From: Diplonema japonicum
Taxonomy: Eukaryota > Protista > Euglenozoa: Diplonemea
Reading direction: 5' to 3'
NCBI GenBank assembly: GCA_964019335.1
Contig: OZ025654.1
Location: forward strand, 248,001-312,000
DNA: 64,000 bases
Position 1 is the stretch's first letter, and each line of letters starts with the position of its first letter. The notes below the pieces were generated by a model. It had not been told where the DNA came from. It was given only the letters and a program-made list of their open reading frames with translations, and did not search any database. Made by a program: the position numbers and the translations under genes. Below are positions 1-10,671 of the stretch, piece after piece.

Positions 1-402
1 GAAAAAGAGAGAGAGGAGGGGGGAAGTGAGAACGGCAGCACTCCGCCGAATCTATCTGATCAAGAGGGACACGTGTTGTGCCTTCCTAACGGTTACGGTT
101 ACTAACCTTAATCACGACAACAATGAGCTCCTATGGGATTGACCACCTTACGTGATTTCCCTTCCTCTTGTACCTTTCTTAAATTCTTTCTTTTCTTCTT
201 TTCTCCTTCAGCCTTGATATCCTCGCAGGGTGCGTGCTGAGGGTTTCAGTGAAACGCTATTCTCTCTTGTCATGAAAAAAAAAAAAGAAATGACGAATCT
301 ACTTTTCACTTTGCTTTTATAATAATTAGTCGTTCTTTCTCTCTTGTTTCTGGCCGTCGCATGATGGACGCAAGCGTATTGATCCAGAAACATAATATGA
401 AC

Positions 403-482
403 AAAGAGAGGAACTGGCCGTTGTTTGCACGTTGACAACGTCCCCCTTTTTGTTTAGACAAGTCAAGGACTCGTTCTTGCAT
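403..482. repeat. Dispersed repeat family F, copy 1 (others at 4321-4384 and 5393-5517)
   Basis: Blocks GAGGAACTGGCCGTTGTTTG and CAACG..CCC..TTT...CAAGTCAA(G/A)GACTC...TTGCA recur at ~4321-4384 and ~5393-5517. Confidence 0.75.
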
Positions 483-1119
483 AAAAAGGAGAGGGAAAAA
501 TAGAACGGCCGTGTTGCTGCCACTCCCTTTTTCTTTCTTTCTTTCTTTCTTTCTTCCTGCACTCATGCCATGCATAACGAAGGGAGACTCCCAGCAAGTC
601 CCTAACAAAAGCAAAGTACTACTAGTCAACTGAGGTGTGGATACTAATTGGGGCTTGTGTGAAGGTGCAAAAAAAAGGGGGGGGGGATTACATTAGTTTT
701 ACTTCAACCCTTTTTGGAATGGGGGGAAAGCGGGGAACCAGAGAAAAAATAGTAATAGAGTAACTCAAAGAATAGGAGAGCGATGGAGTGAGAGAGAATA
801 TGTCATATGAGGAGTTGTTTTTCTTTTTCTCTTTTTTTAATTAACTTCCCTTCCTATTTTTCCGATCATGTTTCCTTCCTTGAGCCAGGTACCTAGGCTT
901 AACACTTCGCTCCAAAAATTTCGTTTTTCTCACAAAAGAATAAGGGATGTTTTTGTAAACTGAAACAAATGAGGATATTGGGACACCAGAGGCCTTTCTT
1001 CCTTCGGTGGTGCTGCCGTTCCATGAAATAGGTCTAGCAACTGGCAGACTAAAAAGAAAAGACAAAAATGAAGAAATGCTAGTCCCAGATACTATTAGTT
1101 AGTTAAAGAGAAACAAAAA

Positions 1120-1240
1120 GGCGATGTTTAAGGGCAAATCCCACTTGAGGACCACCCTTAGGGGGTGGGGGTCTATCTCTTGATGCTTCCTTTTTGGAGC
1201 CTCGCTTTCGTTCCGATGGCTTTCTCGGAGAAAGCTCACA
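1120..1240 (-). mobile_element. 3' end of a non-LTR retrotransposon (family L1), 5'-truncated
   Basis: Minus strand encodes AIGTKARLQKGSIKR*, matching TIGMKAMLQKGSINR* at 53633; followed by a short 3' UTR ...CCTAAGGGTGGTCCTCAAGTGGGATTTGCCCTTAAACATCGCC and a T-run. Confidence 0.75.
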
Positions 1241-1462
1241 TAAAATATAAAAAAGAAAATAGTAAAAATAAAACAAACAAAAACGCGCTTCATGTTCCAA
1301 AATGTTTCACATTTATTGGTATTCATTACTGCTTTCTGAAGTGCAATCTTTTCTCCCCCCCCCCCTGGTAAATAGATTTAGCTTACACCTATGGGTGGTT
1401 GGGCGAAGAAGAAAAAAAGGTTGTTTGCTGTTATTTTGCGCAGAATAGTGTTAACGAAGTGC

Positions 1463-1596
1463 CAGGCTATGCTGGCAAGGAAACGCGTTTCCAAGCATTC
1501 TTTTGAAAATAACTCTGAAAAGGAAACGCGTTTCCTTAAGTATCTGAAAAATAAGGAAACGGAAACGTTTCCCCGTTTCTTGCCAACATAGCCCTA
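1463..1596. mobile_element. MITE family A, copy 1
   Basis: TIR (C)AGGCTATGCTGGCA...TGCCAACATAGCCCTA with internal GGAAAC(G)/GTTTCC motifs; further copies at 1861, 5091, 37171 and 56970. Confidence 0.8.
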
Positions 1597-1598
1597 GA

Positions 1599-1858
1599 CA
1601 TAGTGGTGAAGCTCGCATTCTCGCACAAAAAGAATCTGAGCCGAAATTCTCACAAAACGACTCGCATTCTCGCACACTCTCGCACCTCGTGTCATTCTCG
1701 CACATGCTGGTGTGCACTTCAGATGTGCATGTGTCAAAAATAACCCCCCCCCTCGAAGATTTTGACACTCAGGCACACCTGTTGAAATCCTCAGCCAAAA
1801 AAGATTCTCGCGTCATTCTCGCATTCGAGAATTTGGTGCGAGTCGTTTCACCACTATG
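1599..1858. mobile_element. MITE family B (CATAGTGGTGAA TIR, 6-bp TSD)
   Basis: Perfect 12-bp TIR CATAGTGGTGAA/TTCACCACTATG; flanks CCTAGA (1593-1598) and CCTAGG (1859-1864); internal TTCTCGCA repeats. Confidence 0.8.
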
Positions 1859-1860
1859 CC

Positions 1861-1982
1861 TAGGGCTATGCTGGCATGGAAACGCGTTTCTATGCATTTC
1901 TGAAAAAAAGGGAAACGGAAACGGATACGGAAACGGAAACGTTTCCCTATTTTGGGGCCGTTTCCTTGGGCAGAAACATAGC
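1861..1982. mobile_element. MITE family A, copy 2 (right end degenerate)
   Basis: TAGGGCTATGCTGGCATGGAAACGCG start; GGAAAC repeats closely match 56970-57060. Confidence 0.75.
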
Positions 1983-2148
1983 ATGGTTACCTAAATGTGG
2001 AACATTTAAAAAAAAAAGAATACTGTAGAAACTTCTTAACCGCAATGGGCAGGAGTATCTAACCCCGAATAATAAATCTGATTTGGATGCCAAGAGACGC
2101 CCTCCGCAACGCATCCTGACGCATCCTGGAGTATCCTACCTTATCACA

Positions 2149-2194
2149 ATCCAGGTCAGTTAGCTTCGGCTATCTTCCTTGGACCTTCACCCAG
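2149..2194. repeat. Dispersed repeat family G (inverted copy at 15025-15070)
   Basis: CTGGGTGAAGGTCCAAGGAAGATAGCCGAAGCTAACT is on the minus strand here and on the plus strand at 15025. Confidence 0.7.
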
Positions 2195-2295
2195 AGAGCC
2201 TGTTTTCAGTGCAGAAAAATGGTTAAATGCTCCAGGGGGCAATATAAAATATAAAGCAAACGAGAAACAAGCCATCATGGAAGAAAAAAAAATAA

Positions 2296-2533
2296 CCTGA
2301 TGCACACCAAGGCGCAATAAATTGTCGTTTTTTTTGAAAAATCTCGTGTTTTTTCTCTCAGTACTTTTGACACCCCCTCTCTTCAAAGAACAATATTTTT
2401 GAGCCTTCCTTTTGACTGCTCTGACCTAAAACTGCACTTGCTATGTTGCTCGTTTTTACTCCACCCAGGATTAAAATTGCAAAATTGGACCCCTCCCCCC
2501 CCCCCCCCGAGTTACGTCGCGGTGTGCATCAGG
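2296..2533. mobile_element. piggyBac-like MITE
   Basis: Perfect 13-bp TIR CCTGATGCACACC/GGTGTGCATCAGG, flanked by ATAA (left) and TTAA (right); CC termini with a TTAA TSD are piggyBac hallmarks. Confidence 0.7.
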
Positions 2534-2850
2534 TTAAATTAGATTAATTCAGATCAGGCCCAAAGACAAAACTGAAGAAGTCTACGTGAATTAATGAAAC
2601 AAACAGGTTTAGAAGCAAAAGTAAGAAAGGGGGTGAGGTGGAAACAAGATAACTAAGACGTACGGTGCAAAAAGGAAAAGAAAACGCTTTTCATTCACTT
2701 TTAATTATTCAAAGCATGGTATGAAAAGACACACAGCAAATAATAATAAAAAACTCCACGCTCACTGCCATGGAGTGGAGTGGGTGATGAAACAAAAAGC
2801 GGCAAAAAATGCACAAAAAGGAAACAAAAGAAGGGGAATAAATAGGGGGA

Positions 2851-3080
2851 TATATATGAGCTATAGGAAAGTCTTCATGAGACGCCCTTAACTTCTTGGT
2901 GGTCTTGCCGGCCTTCTCTGCTTCTAGGACGTGCTTGGTCTTCGCACAACAAGTATCGCCCTCCAGTTCTGCACGATATCATCGCCATCGTCCGATGGAA
3001 CGGAGTGTGTACCACCGTGCACGGTTCCGCTGGGCAGGCCCTTCTTCCGCTCCTTTCTGTCTAAAGCTCTACGGGAGTTC
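2851..3080 (-). mobile_element. Degraded 3' end of a non-LTR retrotransposon (family L2)
   Basis: Frameshifted YTLRSIG motif (cf. HTLRTIG near 20985); 3' UTR GGGCGTCTCATGAAGACTTTCCTATAGCTCATATATA resembles the 23321 and 20742 ends. Confidence 0.65.
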
Positions 3081-3389
3081 AAAAGAACCAAAAAAAAAAG
3101 GAGCAAATACGGCATCAGTAGGACGGCACTTGCTCCCTCTTTTCTCTTTTAAACGACTTCAAAAAAAAAAAAAAAGACTATTTAAGGGTGCCTGAAGTAT
3201 GTGGGAAAAAAAAGTTCGATAGCAAGTTCAATTAGGTCTCCAAATACTGTAGTTGGCAATGAAAATCTCGCAAAAATATAATTGCCCCCCTTCCCCTCCC
3301 ACCCAAAGATGTACAAAAAGAAAAGAAGAAGAATGACCTTGGTTGCTTATAACCGCCTGGTGTACAAGCAATTGCAGGTGCAGTCAACT

Positions 3390-3520
3390 TGATTACACGC
3401 ACCTCGGCCGAGCAGTAGCTTCTTCTGCGTTCCGCGTGTTCTTAATACGTGCGGTGTCAACTCAACCCTCGCCGGGGCGCCCTGGGTAACCAAGATTCTG
3501 CGTTCGTGCAGTTTGCTGCT
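3390..3520 (-). repeat. Dispersed repeat family K (inverted copy at 44310-44449); degraded coding-like relic
   Basis: GCAGCAAACTGCACGAAC...GAAGAAGCTAC(T/A)GCTCG(G/A)CCGAGGTG is shared with the plus strand at 44310-44449. Confidence 0.7.
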
Positions 3521-5090
3521 TGTTCGTCACCCTGAGCATCTGCAATACCTCCCACTCGCTACCGGTGATGACCGACTTTCTTTGTCCGCGGTCAGCGGTC
3601 AAAGAAATCGGCGATTGTTGATTCTTCGTCATACTCTTCACCCTGAAAAATGGGGGGAAAGCTCTCGTAAGCTCAACCCCTTTTGAATTCTTCTTCTTTT
3701 TCTTTTTCTTTCTTTTTTGATAACACTAAAAGACGCTTTTTTCTTTTGTGTACTTTGGTTTTCTTTCTTGTTTATTTACACCCTTCGCCATGTTCCTCGC
3801 CTGCACACAGAACCACACACTGCACAGGCGAAATCCTGCTCACTCCTGTGCAAGTATGTAAAGTCCCGAAAGTCCTTTGCGGCCGTAAATATGCAAGAGA
3901 GCAGCGGTGGTACTCAAATGACCAAAGGGTGTATTAAAACTACTTACCTACCGCCAAGATGAGAAAAAAAAAATCCTCGATACCGGCTTACCTTTTGTGT
4001 TTCTTCTTTTCTTCTTCTTTTTTTTTATTCTTTCCCGTCGCACTGGCCATGCATTACTCATGAGGTAATGAAAAAGAAAATAATAGCTTGTGTTTCTTTA
4101 TTTCTTTCTTGTTTCTTTTCTTCTTTTTTCTTTTTTTATGTGTTGCTTCTGTTAGAGCAATTCTGTTTATTTCTTTCTTCTTTTTCTTCAAAAATTGCGT
4201 GTGTTGTTTTGTTGTTGTGAAACTCGCAAAACGTTTAAAACCAAAAAAAACCTGAAAAAAAAAAAAAAGCAGGAAAGTGATAGCAACACCACCCACCTTT
4301 AAAAAAGACAACTAAGGTTGTAAACCCGAAACACGTTGCCAACGTTCCCTTTTTGTTTAAGCAAGTCAAAGACTCGTTTTTGCAAAAAAAAGAAGATCCG
4401 CCATGCCAGCAAAACCTCGGAAGACAAAGGCCACCTACCCCCCCCCCAAAAAAAGAAGTAAACCCACGCTACGCTCCAACTATCTGTTGGGCTTCTGAGG
4501 CCAACATCAGTGTGCTTTTCTTTTCTTTTCTTTTCTTTTCTATTTCTTTATATTTCTTTCATGCCCTGCTACGTCTAGTGAGGCGGCACTCACAAAGATA
4601 TATAAAAAAAAAGGTGACCGTTTTAAAAAAAAAAAAGAAGGGAAAACAAAAAGTATTAACCTTTAACTGTGCTAAAATAGAAATGCAAAAATTAGATAAT
4701 TTAACAAACTGCACTTACTGGCCCTCATGGCCAGTTACCTCAGCAATCCCCGGTAAACCAGGTAGATATCACCATGCCTGATCCTAAAAAAAAAAAAAGA
4801 GAGATAAAGGACCAGTGTTGGTGGCACCCTATTGGGTAGGTTAAAAAAATAAAATGGTAAGAATTGCAACAGTCGTCTATACAACTTTGGCAATATTTCA
4901 TGAAAAAAAGGGAAGGGAGGGGTCCAAGGCAACGTCGGGGGGAAAAAATACACAGGTGTTAAGCCCTCAAGGTTACTTAATGCGCCATTGCCCAAAGGCT
5001 TTTTTGCGCGCGTCGACCACCTGGGTCCGGCCTGACCTTGCCAAACCGACTTATGTATTATATATGCTAAGGACGCGGGGGGGAGGGAGG

Positions 5091-5287
5091 GGGCTATGTT
5101 GGCAGGTAAACGCATTTCCAAGATTTTCTATTTTTTGAAAAAAAGGAAACGAAAACAGAAACGCTTCCTTATCTTTTTGAGCCGTTTCCTTGCGAAGGAA
5201 CGTGTTACCCTAAATACTTGAAAAACCTTTAAAGAAATGGCAATGGAAACGGAAACGTTTCCCTGTTTTCCTACCAACATAGCCCTG
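5091..5287. mobile_element. MITE family A, copy 3, inside a G-rich tract
   Basis: GGGCTATGTTGGCA...TACCAACATAGCCCTG with G-runs on both sides. Confidence 0.8.
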
Positions 5288-5537
5288 GGTGGGGGGGGGG
5301 GGGGGAGTCGCTTTGCGCCCACCTTCGCCATTTTTTTGAGCTAGTTCTTTTTCCTTGAACTCGATACAAGGCAAACAAACATAAAAAGAAAAAAGAGGAA
5401 CTGGCCGTTGTTTGTATCGTGCTGGGGTAAAACATGGAGAAGTTTGTATCATAAACCCGAAACACGTTGCCAACATTCCCCCTTTTGATTCGACAAGTCA
5501 AAGACTCCTTTTTGCAAAATTACCAGCCCCTGTTTAG

Positions 5538-5656
5538 AGGATACAGCACCAGGGCTTCCCACGTGATCACTCACCGCAGTACTAACCTGGCCTGCTGGTG
5601 CTTAACTTCCCAAATCATGCGGGATGGGGTGCATTCACCAGAGTATGGCCGTATCC
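5538..5656 (-). rRNA. 5S rRNA (single dispersed copy; gene or recent pseudogene)
   Basis: 119 nt GGATACGGCCATAC...GAAGTTAAGC...GGTTAGTACT...GGGAA...GTGCTGTATCCT; helix I (GGAUACGGC/GCUGUAUCC), helix II (CUGGUG/CACCAG) and helices IV-V all pair. Confidence 0.92.
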
Positions 5657-6547
5657 TTTTTTAAAAAAAAAGAAAACTGATGGAAACAAAAGGACGAAAG
5701 GGAAACAAACAAAAAAAGAAAAACCAGTTGCTTGAGCGCTGCATTAGCTAGCGCAGCGTCCGCGCTGCCAGCGTCTCGGCAAATGGCATTTGTAAAAAGA
5801 AAAATCAAAAAAAGAAAAGTCTACGCCTTTCTGCAAGTTCTGGGGTGTATGTGTTGTCTTACCCGTTTTTCTTCTTCCCCTTCAAAAGAAGGGAGAAGTC
5901 AAATAAAAAGAAAAGCCTGAGCTCGTCTGGCGTCAGCGGTAAGCGAAAGATAAAAGGAAAAGAGTTTTCTACAACGTAGAAATTCTTTTATTCCTTTCCC
6001 CACAAATAACAAAAAAAAAACTCCATGCAGAAAAAGAGGTACTACTGTACTAGACAAGAAACAAAAAGAGTCGGCTGATTGTTTGTGCAAGCCGGGGAGA
6101 AGAGAGAAGAGCAATTGAAAAAAAAAAAAAAACTACTAAAACACTAGCAAAAAAAACCTTTTTGATAAACTTCGATGCATGGGTGGGTGCTCATTAGAAA
6201 TTCACACTAAAAGAAAGAGTCGTATTTTAAAGCCCCTGGATAAAATACTGCATACTGCACAAAAAAAATAAACTTGTAAATACACCAATCTTCGCCAGGC
6301 TCGTCAACCTTGTTTAAACCGCTTTGAGGGCTGGATGGCAAAACTGGTTTAAAGCGTTCATCTCTGTGGAACAAATTCCCACATAGATACTGAGACTGGT
6401 GGGCAAGCTTTTTATCGTTCGTTCTTGTCGCCAAAGGATAGTGAATATATTTTGACAATAAAAAAAAAGCAGAAGACAAGAGGGATGTATTGACCCGGTC
6501 ACATGCCGGGGGGAAGATGAAGGGGAAGATAGCTTTCGTTTTAGCAA

Positions 6548-8923
6548 TCACGTGAAAGGCATCAATGCACTTTCAAATACCGACAATTCAGACCTTTTCT
6601 CCTCAGGCAACGTCACAAGCAGCTTCTTGAACTCCTCGTTGGCCACCAGCACCCCGTCGTTCTCGTACACCCTCATCACGCGGAGCAAATCGGCCACACT
6701 GTTCTTGGCTTCCTCCAGCTCGTACATCCACTCCTGGGCAGGGCCGTTTGTTCTGCTGCAGAGCTCAAGGAGCCACACGGAGCCAGGCAAATCAGACGGG
6801 ACTGTATGGGAGGCTCCGCTTTTGCTGGTGCACTTCATTGTAGTGATGATGTCACAGGGGAGGATCTTGAAGAAGTCCGCAAGCCCTTCCAAGTTGGTCA
6901 CCTTCGCGATCTTCCTCGTTACCGATGCCCTCACCAGTACGTCCGTCACATAATGCTGCCTCCCGATCATCGCAGGCACGCGCAGGTTGCCGCCACCAAG
7001 GTTCCCTGCCCAGCACGGGCCTCCCGTGACAGCAGTGTACACCTTCAGTGGGAAACTGTCGGTCAACGTTTCCTCGATGCTGACAGCCGCGTCAGCTGCC
7101 GCCACCTCTGGCGACGCCTTCTGGATCTGGAAGTTCCATGCGCACATGATCCGCCCATTCGCAAGCTGTGCATCCAGGACTGTCCCTCGCAGGGATGACA
7201 CTACGTTGTGCACCTTGTCCGCGAACACCGCCACCACCTCGTGGATGTGCCTCATGTTCCCCTTCCCTCCCTGTTCCCCGACCCACGTCACGTACGTGGG
7301 CAGGTGGAACGTGCACGTAGCGACTTGCTTCTTCACAACCTTTGCAGCCAAATCCTGTGCCACGTGTGCAGCTGCACTGTGTGCTGTTTGACCAGATGAG
7401 AAGGAGCTCTTTGTGTGGTTCTTGCTCCCACTGCTTGTGCAGGAATGCCTGCTAGATACATCTTCGTCTGTGTCCTTCACCGCCGTGGCCTGCAGGACGG
7501 AGTCGGGGAGGTACATCTTGTAAGTCTTCAACGTCTTCACGATGGTGATGAAGGAGGCCTGCACCCTTGTGGGGTTGGAGATGCTGAGCAGGTAGTTCAG
7601 CTGGTCTAGCTCCATCCGTGCGATCTGCTCTGCCATGTTTTCTGCCACAGCATTTGTGTCGTAGAGGCGCCTGAAGGCACGGTGCTTGGCCGTGGCCTTC
7701 CACCCAAGCAGCAAGAGCAAAAGGATGGACACAGAACCACCCACAACAATCCCAATGATGATGTTGGTGTAGTCGGTGGACGTGGGGTTGGGGGTGCCGC
7801 ACGTCACACCTGAGTGACCGATGCACTCCACACAGTTGCCTCGAACGCACCTCCCGTTCCCGTTGCACCCCTCGGGACACACGTCAGGGTTGAAGACCCA
7901 CACGTCGGCGTTGCCGCTCACGTTGCCGCCAATGGTCACGACACCGCAGAAGGCGATCATCTTCCCTTTGTACGAAGCTGTGTTGAAGTCGGAGATGTCG
8001 GGAACCCAGTAGCTCGCGTTGTTCGTCTGCTGAACGATGTCCCAGTGCAGAGGGCGGGGTGCATTCAGGTCGAGCGTTGCGATCTTGTTCCCCGTCGACA
8101 GGAAGCCCTTGCCTCCTGGGTCGCCGAACAGCAGAAGCGTTCCATTCCCCACCGACACCATCTTGAACTCCTCACCCGCCATCCCGTCGTTCACAAGGTC
8201 CTCCCACAGGCCGTTCGGGTCCGATGCGTTGAAGATGTACGTCCTGTTGGGGAGCGCGCTGCCTCCGAATACACCACCGGTGAAGACAGCAACGTCGCCG
8301 ACACCCACACCACCGGGGTCCTCGACCTGCAGCCTTGTGTCGTACCCACGTGGGCGCCAGGTCTCGGTATCCTTGTTGAAGACGGAGTAGTCAGAGTATT
8401 CCCCATTGCTGGTGCCTGCGATGACGATGTGGTCAGTGGTGGACATCGCCACGAAGTCGGTGGAGAAGACATCGTAGTCGAGTCCATTAACAAGGTCGCT
8501 GGGGATCTCACGCCACGTGTTGCTCTGAGGGGAGTATGCCCACAGGTCGCTGTGCTTCTTCCCTGCTATGAGGTAGACTATGTTGCGCTTCTCGTCACAA
8601 GCCATGCGGATCTTTCTCCTTGCAGAAGGGCCCCCTGTTGCTGTGATCTTTTCCCATGTCAGTGCTACTAAGTCCAAGTACCAGAAGTCGCCCAGCAGCT
8701 CCTTTTCATCTAAAGACTCGCCGCCGAAGAAGTACAGTTTGTCCCCCAAGGTGCACGACCATGACGTAACACGAGAAGTCGCGTTGGTATTTGGTGCGAC
8801 GGGAAGCCGCGTCCACTGCTCGTTGAGTTCCGCAGACGCCGCCACTGCTTCCTCGAATAGATTGGCGCACATCGTGCTGCAGATGAGGTGCAGCACCCCG
8901 ACAAGAAGGGAACGTCCGAACAT
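6548..8923 (-). CDS. Single-pass receptor-like protein: signal peptide, Kelch beta-propeller, EGF-like domain, TM helix, degenerate class III nucleotide cyclase domain (791 aa)
   Basis: Kelch motifs (KLYFFGG, VYLIAG, VFTGG, D.W..D/N); CPEGCNGNGRCVRGNC..C..HSG..C EGF; TM IIIGIVVGGSVSILLLLLL; cyclase fold (IMCAWN, AVTGGPCWAGNLG) without the catalytic Asp residues; paralogue at 28752. Confidence 0.9.
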   Translation of the reverse strand: MFGRSLLVGVLHLICSTMCANLFEEAVAASAELNEQWTRLPVAPNTNATSRVTSWSCTLGDKLYFFGGESLDEKELLGDFWYLDLVALTWEKITATGGPSARRKIRMACDEKRNIVYLIAGKKHSDLWAYSPQSNTWREIPSDLVNGLDYDVFSTDFVAMSTTDHIVIAGTSNGEYSDYSVFNKDTETWRPRGYDTRLQVEDPGGVGVGDVAVFTGGVFGGSALPNRTYIFNASDPNGLWEDLVNDGMAGEEFKMVSVGNGTLLLFGDPGGKGFLSTGNKIATLDLNAPRPLHWDIVQQTNNASYWVPDISDFNTASYKGKMIAFCGVVTIGGNVSGNADVWVFNPDVCPEGCNGNGRCVRGNCVECIGHSGVTCGTPNPTSTDYTNIIIGIVVGGSVSILLLLLLGWKATAKHRAFRRLYDTNAVAENMAEQIARMELDQLNYLLSISNPTRVQASFITIVKTLKTYKMYLPDSVLQATAVKDTDEDVSSRHSCTSSGSKNHTKSSFSSGQTAHSAAAHVAQDLAAKVVKKQVATCTFHLPTYVTWVGEQGGKGNMRHIHEVVAVFADKVHNVVSSLRGTVLDAQLANGRIMCAWNFQIQKASPEVAAADAAVSIEETLTDSFPLKVYTAVTGGPCWAGNLGGGNLRVPAMIGRQHYVTDVLVRASVTRKIAKVTNLEGLADFFKILPCDIITTMKCTSKSGASHTVPSDLPGSVWLLELCSRTNGPAQEWMYELEEAKNSVADLLRVMRVYENDGVLVANEEFKKLLVTLPEEKRSELSVFESALMPFT

Positions 8924-9186
8924 AACCTTTTTGCTTGTTTATTTGTTTTTCTTTGCACAAACAACAACCTTCTTTTACTTATGGGTAGAAAACTGTGATG
9001 AAAGTATTCAACCAGAGCAACACAAGCCACAAGCTTGAGTTGGTGCACCTCACGGAACGGCAAAAAGAAATAATAAAAAGATGCACTGAGAGATAGAAGT
9101 GTAAGCAACGGCAAGAAAAGAAGAAAAGAAATGGGTAAACAACAGCTGTAGTCTAAACATTTCTTCTTCGAGCTCCAGTGACATCG

Positions 9187-9972
9187 TCACATGGCTTTAA
9201 ATCGTTTCGGCTGCTGCTGCATGGACAGCAACGTGACTGTGCCAGCATGGCCACGACGCCTTGCCCACCAGATGGCGTTGCTGCCTCCGGTGTCAGTAGT
9301 GGTGGGGTCTGCCCCATGACTAAGGAGGAGGGGAATGACGGCTTCCTGACCGCTGATAGCGGCATACAGCAAAGGTGTGCTACCCGTTTGGCTTACTGCA
9401 TCAACATCTGCGCCGTAACTGAGAAGGAGGGATACCACTGCTGAATGCCCGAAGGAAGCCGCCCTGTGCATCGGGCAACGCCCGCATATCATCGAATTCA
9501 CATGTACCCCATTCTTCAGAAGCAGCTCCACAGTTGCTGTCAAACCGAATCGTGAGCTCTCCGAAAGAACGCCTTGCAGGGAAGTACTAGTGCACTTCAC
9601 GCCGGCACTGAACATCGCTGCCACCACCTCAGCATACTTGGCATCGCTGATGTCACGCTCCGAGGCGAGGTCCTCCCTCACATCGTCGAAGTCCTTGTTC
9701 ATGTATCCCAAAGCCTCCAACTTCACCCTGGCAATTGTCTGCTGGTCAAGCACCGCTTGCAACGGGCTCTGATCCTCAAAAGGGAACTCTTTTATAAGCT
9801 TGCTGCCGTCATCCATGCACGTTCCTTCGAACTCCAACTCGAAGCCATCCACTGCAATGTCTGCCGCTGATGCGACCTTTTCCTTTAGTGACGCAACTGT
9901 CGTTGCGCACTCTGCTTCGACGCTGACTGTAGTCCCGGCAGGCAGGGTGACATTGAGGGTCACACTCGGCAT
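9187..9972 (-). CDS. Ubiquitin-like domain plus ankyrin-repeat protein (261 aa from ATG 9972)
   Basis: N-terminal beta-grasp pattern (TVASLKEKV...ELEFEG..MDD); ankyrin repeats GRCPMHRAASFGH, GSTPLLYAAISGQ, GSNAIWWARRRGH. Confidence 0.88.
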   Translation of the reverse strand: MPSVTLNVTLPAGTTVSVEAECATTVASLKEKVASAADIAVDGFELEFEGTCMDDGSKLIKEFPFEDQSPLQAVLDQQTIARVKLEALGYMNKDFDDVREDLASERDISDAKYAEVVAAMFSAGVKCTSTSLQGVLSESSRFGLTATVELLLKNGVHVNSMICGRCPMHRAASFGHSAVVSLLLSYGADVDAVSQTGSTPLLYAAISGQEAVIPLLLSHGADPTTTDTGGSNAIWWARRRGHAGTVTLLSMQQQPKRFKAM

Positions 9973-10155
9973 CTTCTTTTTTAATACCCTGTGTAAGTAC
10001 AAGGTCCGTCTCCTGAGTGGGGTAAGCAGGGCAAACTGAAAGACTAGTTTGGTGCTTCATTTGTTGTGCGCACGATGGGAATTCTACCTAATATAACTCA
10101 TTACGCTTCCATCTAAAATACTAGTTTTTAGTCTCGACAGTGTTAAAGCAAAAAT

Positions 10156-10286
10156 AATTCTTTATGACTATATGTCTTTGTTGTTCGCACGAGCAAAAAA
10201 GATTTTTAAAAAGCTGCGAAAGTTTTTTGCTCGGCACAAGTTGCATAAAGTTATAAAATCATTTTTTGAAAGATAAATATTTGTAA
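10156..10286. repeat. Dispersed repeat family J (second copy at 24608-24740)
   Basis: AATTCTTTA(A)TGACTATA...CACGAGCAAAAAA...TTTTTTGCTCGGCACAA...TTTTGAAAGATAAATATTTGTAA in both copies; internal CGAGCAAAAAA/TTTTTTGCTCG inverted repeat. Confidence 0.8.
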
Positions 10287-10301
10287 CAAAAAAAAAAAAA
10301 A

Positions 10302-10671
10302 GTTGTCTCGATTTTAGTGGTGCCATGCAGTATGTGACACAGCGGCCACCCTTGTGAAACTTCGCCCCGAAGCCTCCCAAGTCCCCTGTGGTCCCGTAGA
10401 AAGTAAAAGTGGAGAGGTAAAGAAAGCTTGGAAATTGAAATAGGGAGAGGGGCCACAGAAGCAATTAAACACCAACTGGAGAGTTGTGGGAGGCTTGCTT
10501 CACTGGCACGATGCCGCGGGGAGGCTACTTGCCTGACCTGGTGAAGCCACCTCCTTGTTCGATGTAATGGGATAAGGGACTCTCCGTTGAGGGCGATGCT
10601 AACTGGCGCCACGCGTAGGGTGGGCTCTCCACCCCCGTCCAGGTTTCCCCACGTGTACGGCTTTAGAACGA
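10302..10671 (-). mobile_element. Retroposon-like repeat family C, copy 1 (may extend to ~10886)
   Basis: Reverse complement aligns over ~360 bp with 54986-55342; shorter copy at 46810-46936; all three share the end ...GAGAC(A/T)AC followed by a T-run. Confidence 0.8.

Noticed and set aside
5300-5900. Spliced-leader RNA gene next to the 5S copy
   Set aside because: No match by eye to a euglenozoan spliced-leader exon (...TTTCTGTACTTTATTG-like); the CTGTACTTTG at ~53580-53589 is too short and belongs to a LINE 3' UTR
6552-9114. Overlapping antisense ORFs within GC-rich genes (also in the cyclase, oxidase and RAD21 genes)
   Set aside because: Expected from codon bias on the opposite strand; no recognisable motifs
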